Source: Myxococcota bacterium (GTDB taxonomy: Bacteria; Myxococcota_A; UBA9160; UBA4427). Taken from it: a DNA stretch of 64,000 nucleotides. Every line of letters starts with the position of its first letter. Positions within the stretch are counted from its first letter, which is position 1. The stretch is taken from contig OZ252299.1 in NCBI GenBank assembly GCA_965250285.1, positions 3,104,001 through 3,168,000 of the forward strand. Direction: 5' to 3'. The translations under genes were made by a program, and so were the position numbers. The notes under the pieces are model-generated. The model was not told the origin of the DNA. It saw only the letters and a program-made list of their open reading frames with translations, and searched no databases. Shown piece by piece: positions 20,754-29,518 of the stretch.

Positions 20754-20795
20754 GGGCCCGAAAGCGGACACTCCGCTTTCGGGCCCTTCGCTTTC
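20754..20795 (+). terminator. hairpin terminator after thiolase
   Basis: Perfect 15-bp stem GGGCCCGAAAGCGGA-CAC-TCCGCTTTCGGGCCC followed by TTCGCTTT. Confidence 0.6.
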
Positions 20796-20921
20796 CGGCA
20801 CGCGCTCGCATGGCGTTCGCGCCCTCCCAGGCGGCTTTCGCCTCGTGCGGCGGCTGCGAGCGGCCGATACGAAGGGCGCGCTCGTGGTCCCCGGGGACGT
20901 TTCGGGCAGGAGAGGCGTGGG

Positions 20922-21554
20922 TTGGCGGGACGAGACAAGCGGCAGCGGCACCGAGGCGATTCCGCAGCAAGCGATGCAGTCGACGAGCCGACCTGGCCCG
21001 AAGTCGATCGGCGCCGCACGCCCGACCGGCGTGCCCAGCCGACCGCCGCGTTGACGAGCCCGTTCGGCTTGCGACGCCGCAAGGCCGGTCGACGCGCCGG
21101 CGAGCGCGACAACATCTACGTCGACATCTACTCGCCGCGCGCAGTGGCGATCCTGCTCGGCATCTTCCTGCTCAACATCGGCGATGCCGCCTTCACCCTG
21201 CTCTGGCTTCAGCGCGGCGGGACCGAGGGCAACCCGATCATGCAGGCGATGCTCGACATCGGTGTCGGCGCGTTCCTGTTCCAGAAGTGCATCGTCGTCG
21301 GCATCTGGCTGTTGATCCTGATCGCCCACCGCAACTACCGCGCGGCGCGGATCGGCCTCTGGTCGACGCTGACGGTCTACACGCTGCTGATCGTCTACCA
21401 CATCGTGCTCGTCGCGTTCGACGTTCAGCCCGTCCAGCACGAGGCGGGCGAGCCGACAACGAGCGATCGAAGCCTCTCAGAGGTAGCGCCCGAGCACGAC
21501 GGGGACGGCCGTCTCGACTCGGAGCGCGCGCTGTCCCAGAACGACGGTCCGTAG
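20922..21554 (+). CDS. DUF5658-like membrane protein
   Basis: DRR-rich N-terminus, YVD.Y, LLNIGDAAFTL, EGNPIM, three TM segments; start uncertain. Confidence 0.7.
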   Translation: MAGRDKRQRHRGDSAASDAVDEPTWPEVDRRRTPDRRAQPTAALTSPFGLRRRKAGRRAGERDNIYVDIYSPRAVAILLGIFLLNIGDAAFTLLWLQRGGTEGNPIMQAMLDIGVGAFLFQKCIVVGIWLLILIAHRNYRAARIGLWSTLTVYTLLIVYHIVLVAFDVQPVQHEAGEPTTSDRSLSEVAPEHDGDGRLDSERALSQNDGP

Positions 21555-22190
21555 ACCGGCCTGCGCGAACGCGTCGAGTTCGCGCGCCACCCAGCCGCCC
21601 TCCGGCCCGATGGCTACGAGCGCCGGCGCCGGCCAGCGCCCTTCGGGCCCGGGGTCGCCGCCCGGGTCGGCGACGAAGCCCGTTCGCCCCGCCGCGAGCT
21701 CCGGCAACCGCTCGCTCGCGAAGGCGCCGAAGCGCCGATGCAGCGTCACTTCGGGCCGTCGCGTATCGCGCGCCTGTTCGAGCCCGAGCATGAGCTGCGC
21801 CTCGATCGCGTCGGACGCGGTCACGTGGCTCTGCCAGAAGCTCTGCTCGACACGCTCCGAATCGATCAGCGCGATGCGCTTCACCCCGAGCGAAGCAACC
21901 TGAGCCAGCGTGCGGCGCAGGACCGGCGGTCTCGGCAGCGCCAGAACGAGCGTCACGTCGAGCGGCGCGGGCGGCGCGGCGTCGAGGGAGACCTCGAGCT
22001 CGACTCGTTCGCGGTCGAGCCGGGTGATCCGACCCTGCCCTACAGGCCCGTCGCACAGGCCGACGACGACCGTGTCGCCCACGCCGGCCCGCAGCACCTT
22101 GCGGACGTGGCGGGCATGGCGATCGCCGAGCCGCACGTGCCTCCGCGTCGCGTCGACGAAGTCGTCCTCGAACAGCAGGATCAGATTCAA
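21477..22190 (-). CDS. rsmE: 16S rRNA m3U1498 methyltransferase
   Basis: H..KVLR, LALPRP, GLEQARDT, AIGPEGGW, LG.R.LRVETA SPOUT motifs; TTG start with AGGTGA RBS. Confidence 0.9.
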   Translation of the reverse strand: MNLILLFEDDFVDATRRHVRLGDRHARHVRKVLRAGVGDTVVVGLCDGPVGQGRITRLDRERVELEVSLDAAPPAPLDVTLVLALPRPPVLRRTLAQVASLGVKRIALIDSERVEQSFWQSHVTASDAIEAQLMLGLEQARDTRRPEVTLHRRFGAFASERLPELAAGRTGFVADPGGDPGPEGRWPAPALVAIGPEGGWVARELDAFAQAGLRTVVLGQRALRVETAVPVVLGRYL

Positions 22191-22260
22191 GCGCTCACCT
22201 CGTCGACGCCGTTCCCGGATCACCGACGTGACAGCCTCGCGCTGCTAGTGTCCCGGCGCC

Positions 22261-22683
22261 ATGACGACGTCCGAGACCACGCACGAAGCGCCCGTGACCG
22301 GCAGCGAAGCCCTCACCGACGGGATTCGCGTCGAGGTGCGCGCGCGCTACTCGCCCGAGCACTCCGACCCGGCTCACAGCCGCTGGTTCTTTCTGTACAC
22401 GATCCGTGTCTCGAACGAAGGCGAGACGGCGGCGCAGTTGCTGAACCGGCATTGGATCATCGTCGACGCCACGGGCCATGTCGAAGAGGTGCGCGGCGAA
22501 GGTGTCGTCGGAAAGCAGCCCCATCTCGAGCCCGGCGAGAGCTTCGAGTACACATCCGGCTGCCCGCTCGGCACGCCCTTCGGCAGCATGTCGGGCAGCT
22601 ACGAGATGCAGCGCGTCGACGGCACGCGCTTCGAGGCCGAGGTCGCGCTCTTCGAGCTCGTTCAGCCCGTCGCGATCCACTGA
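22261..22683 (+). CDS. apaG: ApaG protein
   Basis: YTIRVSN, QLLNRHWII, GEGVVGKQP, FEYTSGCPL.TP.GSM.G.Y. Confidence 0.95.
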   Translation: MTTSETTHEAPVTGSEALTDGIRVEVRARYSPEHSDPAHSRWFFLYTIRVSNEGETAAQLLNRHWIIVDATGHVEEVRGEGVVGKQPHLEPGESFEYTSGCPLGTPFGSMSGSYEMQRVDGTRFEAEVALFELVQPVAIH

Positions 22684-22732
22684 TCGAACTCAGAGTCGCG
22701 ATCCATCCATGTGACACCCAGTGGAATCGATT

Positions 22733-22762
22733 TGGACCCGAGTCCGCCTGGACCCGAGTCCG
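22733..22762. repeat. 14-bp direct repeat x2
   Basis: TGGACCCGAGTCCG at 22733 and 22749. Confidence 0.8.
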
Positions 22763-22981
22763 GAAATGACAGCGTTCGTGGCCGTGTCACACCGAATCTG
22801 ATGATCCGTCAGTGACGCATTCGCGGTGTCGGTCGCGTTCGGGGCATGTTTTCTGGACAGCGAGGGTGGAATCCATGCGATTCCACGAGACGCTTCTTTC
22901 GTTGCCTCATCAGGGAAAAACCAAATTGAACTGGGTGATTTTTTTTGACCGATTCGGGCGCGATCGAGGCACAATGCGTCT

Positions 22982-23147
22982 CGTTCCGGGCCGAAACGGC
23001 GCCAAGCTACGCCGGGTCTGATCGCTCTCGGGAGGTACCGTCCCTTCATGCGGCGGGGGCGGGACCGCTGGCAAGTCCTGATTGAGCATGGTCGCTGGAC
23101 CCGGTGGGCTCCAGGAGACGACGGTCTCCTGGAGCCCGTTCCGTTTC
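22982..23147 (+). ncRNA. candidate structured small RNA
   Basis: Long rod hairpin 23011-23105 with several G-U pairs, followed immediately by a perfect 14-bp hairpin; no credible ORF; boundaries approximate. Confidence 0.45.
23106..23147 (+). terminator. hairpin terminator (possibly bidirectional)
   Basis: GGGCTCCAGGAGAC-GACG-GTCTCCTGGAGCCC then GTTCCGTTTC. Confidence 0.6.
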
Positions 23148-23220
23148 AGGGCCTCGGTCGAATCCACCCACACGAAGAAGCGTCATGGCGACACGCCGAT
23201 GCGACGCGCATCGAGGCGGA

Positions 23221-23853
23221 TCAGAGGTCGGCGTCGAGCAGGATCCGCCGAAGCGCGGGCGACCCGGCCCTCAATCGACGCGCCAGCTTCTCGAAGCGAG
23301 CCTGCATCGTGCCCGCAGACACGCCGCGGGCCCGTGCGATCTCGGAGAGCGAGTCTCCCTCCATGTACGCGCGCACCACTTCGCGCCCGTCGGGCTCGAG
23401 CGCACCCAGCGCATCATCGATGGCCGAGCGGCGATAGCGATCGGAGACGACGCGCTCCGGATCGTCCTCGGCCGCGCGCGCGTGTTCGTGCACGGCGTCC
23501 AGCGCGGCGAGCGACGCCCCCGCATCCCGCTCCGAGGTCTCGGGCTCCTCGAGCCCGTGGAGCTGCGAGCCGGGCCACGCATCGGTGCGCGCGGAGCGCG
23601 AGAGACACGTGCGTGCTTCGTCGATCACCGCACCTTCGATGCGCCGCGAGACGTAGGCCGAGAGCTCACGCTCGTGCGCGTCGACGCGCCGGTTTCGCAG
23701 TGCTTTGAACAGGCCCCAGTACCCGGCGCTCACCAGCTCGTCGCGCCACCGATCGCCGAGCATGAACCGCTTCTGCACCTGGCCTGTGAAGTACTGCACA
23801 CGATGTGCGTAGCGCTCGACGAGCTCGTCGAGATCGCTTTCTGCCGCTTCCAC
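23221..23853 (-). CDS. sigma-70 family RNA polymerase sigma factor (FliA-like region 2 plus region 4)
   Basis: DELVSAGYWGLFKA, YVSRRIEGAVIDEAR, SLSEIARARGVSAGTM HTH; GTG start with RBS. Confidence 0.85.
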   Translation of the reverse strand: MEAAESDLDELVERYAHRVQYFTGQVQKRFMLGDRWRDELVSAGYWGLFKALRNRRVDAHERELSAYVSRRIEGAVIDEARTCLSRSARTDAWPGSQLHGLEEPETSERDAGASLAALDAVHEHARAAEDDPERVVSDRYRRSAIDDALGALEPDGREVVRAYMEGDSLSEIARARGVSAGTMQARFEKLARRLRAGSPALRRILLDADL

Positions 23854-23953
23854 TCTTCCCCCCGAATACCGCGGCACCGCATGACCGCAGCGCCGGGAAC
23901 TTCGCCAATTCGGTGGGAGCGCGAGGTGACCGCAGTCACCCGCGAGAAGGCGC

Positions 23954-26900
23954 CTAGAGGGCGATTCCGCGCAATTGATCCAGAACCGATTGAGCCGACT
24001 CGGGGCGATCCTCGCGATCCTTCGCGAGCAGCCGCAGGATCAGATCGGCGAGCGCCTCGTCGAGATCGGGAACGATCTCACGGGGATCGGGCGGCGCGGT
24101 GTGCCGATGGTGATAGGCGATGTCGCCCTGATCGAAGGGCACCCGCCCGGTGACGAGCTCGAAGAGCGTCACACCGAGCGAGTAGAGGTCGGTGCGGTGA
24201 TCGATGTCACCCCCGAGCACCTGTTCGGGCGACATGTAGTACGGCGTGCCCGAAACGACCGTCGTCTTGCCGCGCATCTCCTCGAACACCTTGGCGAGAC
24301 CGAAGTCCATGATCTTGACCACGCGGTCGGTGGTGAGGAACAGGTTCGCAGTCTTGATGTCCCGGTGGATCACGCCGCGCTCGTGGGCGTACTGCAGACC
24401 GGCCGTGACCTGGCGGCCGATGCCGATCACGTTCTCGCTCGTCAGCCGGTCACGCTCCTTCAGGATCCGGTTGAACGGCTCGCCATGGAGCAGCTCCATC
24501 GTGATGAAGAACGCGCCGTCCTCCTGGTCGGTATCGTGCACCGTCACGATGTTCGGATGATTGAGCTTCGCGAGCGACTGGGCCTCACGCAGGAAGAGCT
24601 GTAGCGCGCGGGGATGGTGGCGGCGGAGGTCTTCGGGCAGCCGCTTGAGCGCCACCACGCGGTCGAGCCTTCGGTCGCGCGCTTCGAAGACGACGCCCAT
24701 GCCACCGCGCCCGATCTCCTCGATCAGCTCGTAGCGTGATTCGACGACGAACTCGGTGGGGGCGCCCTCCATCGGCAGCAGCGTCTGGGTCGCGCGTCCC
24801 CCCCGGCCCTCGCCCGAGAGCTGCTTTCGCAGCACCTCGATGCGCGACGCGACGTTGGGGTACGTCGGCTCCTGGCGCCGTAGCTCTTCGAGCACGCTGA
24901 TCGCCCGCTCGATGTGCCCCGCGTTCTCGAAGAGGGTCGCGAGGCGCGCGTACTTGTCGCTCGGCCCCTGGCCCATCGGAAACGTGGCAATGAAGTCCTC
25001 GAGCTTCTTCGCCGCCAGGTCGAAGTGCCCCTCGACCTCGAATGCGTCGGCCAGCTGCGAGCTCGCCTCGGCGTAGTCCTGATCTTCGGAGGGGATGCAC
25101 TGCAGCAAGCGGATCGCGCGCGGCCGCCGGCCGTTCTCGAGCGCGACCTGCGCGGCCTCGAACACGCGCCCGCGTCGCTCGAGCGCACTGATCCACTTGT
25201 CGACCTCACCGGCCTCGCGGTAGCACTCGATGGCGCGGTCGACCTCGTGCGCCTCCTCGAAGGCGCTGCCCGCGTGTACGAGGGCCCCCGCCTGTTCGTA
25301 CATGCGCGCCGCGTCGAGCGGCTGGTCGTTCTCCATGAAGAGCGTCGCCGCGCGCTCGTAGTCTTCGAGCTTCGCCCGCAGCCGCGCGGCCTCGAGGCCG
25401 AGCCCCGACGACTCGTAGTAGTCGGCCGCGCGCGAGAGCTCGCCGCGCGAGCGGTGCAGCTCGGCGAGCAGCCGATAACCCCGCTGCGCCTGGCCGTCGC
25501 GTTCGAGGGCCTTGGCCGTCTCTTCGATGTCGCCGCGCAGGTACGGCTCGACCGCTGGAGGACATCCCTTGAAGAGCACGTCGGCGCCGGCGAGATCGAG
25601 CAGCACGGGGGTGGGCCGGTACGACGCCACCTCGACCTCGCGCTCGACGACGCGATCGCCACAGCCAACGACCAGACGGTGCGCGCCCTTCCCCAGCCAG
25701 AGGCGTGCCCGCGAGCCTTCGCTGCGCACGAGCGAGTCGGGCACTTCGGGGGCGACGACGACCGCATCCTCGGCCGGCTTCTCGCCCCAGCTCAACACGA
25801 CGTCGACGGGGCAGGTCTCGGGTCGCACGTCGAACTCGATGCGGACCGTGCGACGATGCCGCACGCGCACCACCTGCTCCTCGGCGACGTCGGCCAGCAC
25901 TTCGTCGCTCTCGGGATCGAAGAGCATGCCCTCGACCGAGACCCAGTAGCGCCTCGTTCGAAGCCGCTGAAAGTGCGTCTCGCGGTTCACCAGGTGATGC
26001 TCGGTGCGGCTCGAGAGACCGCCCTTGCGGATCGCCTCTCGGGTCAGCGGCTGGACGCGACGCCAGCGCCCGGCGCTGCTCGCGACGCGCACCCGGAACA
26101 CCCCGCGCAGCTCGTCGGGATACTCGATCGCGACGGCAAGATCGCCGCGCTGCCGAAGCAGGACGAGCAGAGCCAGGATCACGGCCACCGCGAGCAGACC
26201 CAGCGCGATCCGTCGGGTGCCCTGCTCCTCGACGAATCGACGCGCCTCGGCCAGCGCGGGGACGTCGATCGTCAGCTGCTGCCAGCTGGTCATCGCAGCG
26301 CCCCAGGCGCCGGTTCTCGGTCGATCGGGCCACTCGACGGGGCCGGCCGCTGCGGGCAGCGGGCTCGGCCTCGGCCCCAGACTCAGCTGGCGCTCCCAGT
26401 CGGTCCACGCGAGATCGTTGTCGGCCAGCGTCCACGCCTTGGCGAGCGCATCCGCGAGGTCGCGCTCACGCCCCTGCAGCGCATAGACCACGGCGAGATC
26501 CCGATGCAGTCGCCCGCTCGTTTCGATGAACGCGATCGGCTCGACCTCGGGCCCGGGCAGACCGTCGAGGGCAGCGAGCAGCGCCGCCGAGGCACCGTCG
26601 GCATCCCCCGACCGAAGACGCGCGCGGGCCAGGGCTCGCCAGGTCGCGAGCGTCACGTCGTCGCGATCGCGCGACAGCGCAACGCCGCGCTCGATCGCCG
26701 CCCGCGCGGCCTCGTGATCGCCGGCCGCTTCGAAGAGCGCCCCGGCCTCGAGGGCCGCTGCGCGACGCGCGAGTCGCTCGTCGTTCGACAGACCGCCACC
26801 GAGACCCGTCGCCGGCAGCGAGGCGTCGAGAAAGCGCGCCCGCTCTTCGAGGTCGGTCAGGGCGCTGCGGCGAAGGCCTTCCGGTACGCCTTCGGCTGCG

Positions 26901-27040
26901 TCGAGTTCGAAGCCGTCGACGACCCAGGGTGCAAGCGGCGCTCGCAGGGGCTCGGGCGCGTCGGCTCGAGCCGGCGCCCCTCCCAGGACGAGACTTGTCC
27001 AGATCACGCCGGCGGTGAAGACGAACGCACGGCGAGACAC
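23954..27040 (-). CDS. membrane Ser/Thr protein kinase with TPR-like helical repeats, C-terminal kinase domain
   Basis: IGRGGMGVV, VALK, HRDIKTAN, DFG, GTPYYMSPE; internal TM; start uncertain (ORF extends to 27196). Confidence 0.88.
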   Translation of the reverse strand: MSRRAFVFTAGVIWTSLVLGGAPARADAPEPLRAPLAPWVVDGFELDAAEGVPEGLRRSALTDLEERARFLDASLPATGLGGGLSNDERLARRAAALEAGALFEAAGDHEAARAAIERGVALSRDRDDVTLATWRALARARLRSGDADGASAALLAALDGLPGPEVEPIAFIETSGRLHRDLAVVYALQGRERDLADALAKAWTLADNDLAWTDWERQLSLGPRPSPLPAAAGPVEWPDRPRTGAWGAAMTSWQQLTIDVPALAEARRFVEEQGTRRIALGLLAVAVILALLVLLRQRGDLAVAIEYPDELRGVFRVRVASSAGRWRRVQPLTREAIRKGGLSSRTEHHLVNRETHFQRLRTRRYWVSVEGMLFDPESDEVLADVAEEQVVRVRHRRTVRIEFDVRPETCPVDVVLSWGEKPAEDAVVVAPEVPDSLVRSEGSRARLWLGKGAHRLVVGCGDRVVEREVEVASYRPTPVLLDLAGADVLFKGCPPAVEPYLRGDIEETAKALERDGQAQRGYRLLAELHRSRGELSRAADYYESSGLGLEAARLRAKLEDYERAATLFMENDQPLDAARMYEQAGALVHAGSAFEEAHEVDRAIECYREAGEVDKWISALERRGRVFEAAQVALENGRRPRAIRLLQCIPSEDQDYAEASSQLADAFEVEGHFDLAAKKLEDFIATFPMGQGPSDKYARLATLFENAGHIERAISVLEELRRQEPTYPNVASRIEVLRKQLSGEGRGGRATQTLLPMEGAPTEFVVESRYELIEEIGRGGMGVVFEARDRRLDRVVALKRLPEDLRRHHPRALQLFLREAQSLAKLNHPNIVTVHDTDQEDGAFFITMELLHGEPFNRILKERDRLTSENVIGIGRQVTAGLQYAHERGVIHRDIKTANLFLTTDRVVKIMDFGLAKVFEEMRGKTTVVSGTPYYMSPEQVLGGDIDHRTDLYSLGVTLFELVTGRVPFDQGDIAYHHRHTAPPDPREIVPDLDEALADLILRLLAKDREDRPESAQSVLDQLRGIAL

Positions 27041-27361
27041 CGCCGCGCAATGTGCGCGGCGCCACTCGATGCTCCCCTCCTGGGCGGCTCGATCGGACAC
27101 ATCGGCTCCGGACTCGCCCCGCATCGGCCCGCGCGAAATCGACCGCGGGGGCCGGCGAGGGCGGCGCTTCGAGGATAGCGCCGGCCCGGCGGTCACCGGA
27201 ACCGCTGAACGAGCCGAACGAGCGTTCCGATCGAATTCCAGGCGAATCTAGGGTCGTCCCGAGCCCTCGTTGCCGATGGACTGCACACCCCCCTCGCCCG
27301 GCGAGTGCGGCGGCGACCGGCGCGCGACGCACGCCCGGATCGCCGGGCCCGCCCGCGTCGG

Positions 27362-28414
27362 TCAGTCGGCCTCGACCAGCCCGATCTCGGCGAGTCGCTC
27401 GGCCAGAAATGCACCCGCCGTGATGGGCGGATACGGCGGCGTGCCCGAGGGCGGCACGAACTCGGCGCGCACGGACAGATCGCACTCGGGTCGCGGGTGC
27501 GCGAAGAACGGATACGCCGTGCGTCGCCGGGTGGCCTGATCGGCGCGGACGACGACGCGGTGCGTGGTCGCGGGGAGTCGGCCCCCAGTCACACGCTCGA
27601 GCATGTCACCCACGTCGGCGATGATCTCACCCGGCTCGCCCCCGACCGACCGCCAGCCCCCGATGTCGCCGGGCGCAACGTCGGGCAGGTGAATCTCGAG
27701 CCCCTCTTCGTGCGCGACGGGCAGCAGCGTGACGAGGTTGATGTCCTCATGCGGCGCGGCCCGCACCGCGAAGCCTTCGCCCTCGGCTTCGGCCTCGCGG
27801 GCGAACAAGGCCGCTTCGAGCGGCGGGTAGTCGAGCGCGCGGAGAATGCTGTTGCCACCGCGGACCATGTCAGCGAGCGCGCCGGTCGGCAGGCCGAAGC
27901 CGTGCTCGACCCCACGCAGCACTGTGACCGAAGCGCGCTCGAGCCCATCGAAGAGCGCGAGCGCGGCGCGCTTCAGCTCGACATCGCCATCGGGGAAGAC
28001 GTTCGCCGGCAAGCGACCGGCCTCGGGGCCTTCGGGTGCGGGCTGGCCGACGTGGAAGAACGCCTTGAGGTCGGGGCGGTCCCGATCCTTCGCATGCTCG
28101 AGGCCGAAGGGCGTGTAGCCGCGCTGCCCGCCCTCTACGCCCGCGCAGCGCTCGCGCACGGCCTCGGGCGCGTCGAAGAACGCACGAAAGGCCCGGTCGA
28201 CGCGGTCGAGCAGTGCGGGCGCAATGCCGTGCCCCTGCAAGCGAACGAAGCCGAAGCGAATGAAGCCGTCGCACAGCACGCGCACGGCGGCCTCGCGCTC
28301 GGCCGCGCTGCCCTGTTCGATGGCGTCGAGGTCGAGGCACGGCACGCCATGCCAGAGCCCGTCTTCCGTGCCGTCGCCCATCGTCGGCCGCGCCCCCCCG
28401 GCTGCGCCCGCCAT
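27362..28414 (-). CDS. 2-oxoglutarate/Fe(II) dioxygenase, isopenicillin N synthase family
   Basis: GF..L.GHGI, QRGYTPFG.E, HED...H...R facial triad (APHEDINLVTLL, TTHRVV); start uncertain. Confidence 0.9.
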   Translation of the reverse strand: MAGAAGGARPTMGDGTEDGLWHGVPCLDLDAIEQGSAAEREAAVRVLCDGFIRFGFVRLQGHGIAPALLDRVDRAFRAFFDAPEAVRERCAGVEGGQRGYTPFGLEHAKDRDRPDLKAFFHVGQPAPEGPEAGRLPANVFPDGDVELKRAALALFDGLERASVTVLRGVEHGFGLPTGALADMVRGGNSILRALDYPPLEAALFAREAEAEGEGFAVRAAPHEDINLVTLLPVAHEEGLEIHLPDVAPGDIGGWRSVGGEPGEIIADVGDMLERVTGGRLPATTHRVVVRADQATRRRTAYPFFAHPRPECDLSVRAEFVPPSGTPPYPPITAGAFLAERLAEIGLVEAD

Positions 28415-28473
28415 AGCGTCGGCGCGCGCGTCGCATCGGTCGTGTCGGGGCGCGGGCCGCTCGGCCCGGCACC

Positions 28474-29367
28474 CTAGACGTCGAGATCGACGAGACTGAG
28501 AGAGAGAGCGTAGCTCTTGAACCGGAGCGTTCCGGCGACGGCGGCTGCGGCGTACGCCGTCTGCTCGTCGAGTGACTCGGTGAGCACGATGCCGCGGACG
28601 TCCTCACCGCTCTTCGCCAGGTGCTTCCGCACCCAGCCGAGGCGGTGGAGCGACTCGGCGACGATGTCGCCCGGGTGGCCCGGCTCGACCACGATCACGG
28701 CGACGAGCACACCGGCCTCGTCCCGCGCGAGCAGGTCGATCACCCCGACATCGGTCGGATGATCCACACCGATTTCGCTGCCGCTCTCGTCGGTCAACAC
28801 CTCGAGTCCCGGCTCGATCAGCTCGGGATGCTGCGAGATGATCGCGCGCACGGTGTCGGTGCTCGGCAAGAGCCCACTGCCGCTCCCGTGGCGAGCGCCG
28901 CGCGCACTGGATGCCGCCTTGGCACGCCGGGGCCGACCGGAGGACGCGCCGCGCTTGCGAGACGCCGCGCCCTCGGGCCGCGGCCGGGCAGCGCGCGGTT
29001 CGCGGGCCGACCCACGCACCGATTTGCGCGCGGGCTTCGCGGTGGATCGGTCGCGCTTCGCGTCCGGCGTCTCGCCGTGCGTGCTCCTGCGTCGCTTCTT
29101 CGGTCGGGCGGGCCGTTCGGGAGCGACCGCGTCCTCGAGGGAGAGCTCGGCCTCGTCTTCGAGGTCGATCTCGGCGTCGGGCGCATCGGTGTAGGGATCG
29201 GCGAGCGTCGAGGGGCCGAGCGCGTTCTCGTCGCTCGAGTCGGCGTCGAAGACGCCGCTCGCGCCCGGGTCGTCGATGAACGACTCCCCGGGCCCGACCT
29301 GCTGGCCGCAGTTCGGGCAGCTCGACGAGCGAGAGGGGATCGGTGTGTTGCAGCGCCGGCAGTTCAT
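28474..29367 (-). CDS. zinc-ribbon plus NucS/EndoMS-like C-terminal domain protein
   Basis: C..C......C..CG N-terminus; HPELIEPGL, GVIDLLARD, VRGIV C-terminal NucS-like motifs. Confidence 0.7.
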   Translation of the reverse strand: MNCRRCNTPIPSRSSSCPNCGQQVGPGESFIDDPGASGVFDADSSDENALGPSTLADPYTDAPDAEIDLEDEAELSLEDAVAPERPARPKKRRRSTHGETPDAKRDRSTAKPARKSVRGSAREPRAARPRPEGAASRKRGASSGRPRRAKAASSARGARHGSGSGLLPSTDTVRAIISQHPELIEPGLEVLTDESGSEIGVDHPTDVGVIDLLARDEAGVLVAVIVVEPGHPGDIVAESLHRLGWVRKHLAKSGEDVRGIVLTESLDEQTAYAAAAVAGTLRFKSYALSLSLVDLDV

Positions 29368-29518
29368 CGGATCCTCGTACTGGGACGCAGGGGCCCGTCC
29401 TTCGCATCGGCCGACCTGGCGCGGGGATTGAGCCTCGCCCGAGGGGCCGTCTGCGCGCGCACAGCGACCGGCAAGCCAAGCGCAACCGGGCCGCACCGCA
29501 ACACCGATGTGCGTCGGG

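Noticed and set aside
23011..23105. Identification as SRP RNA, 6S RNA or tRNA
   Set aside because: No SRP GGAA loop/AGCAG motif, no cloverleaf or TTCGA arm, and the stem is shorter than 6S without its usual gene context; left as an unnamed candidate
24914..27178. 754-aa plus-strand ORF
   Set aside because: Antisense shadow of the kinase gene
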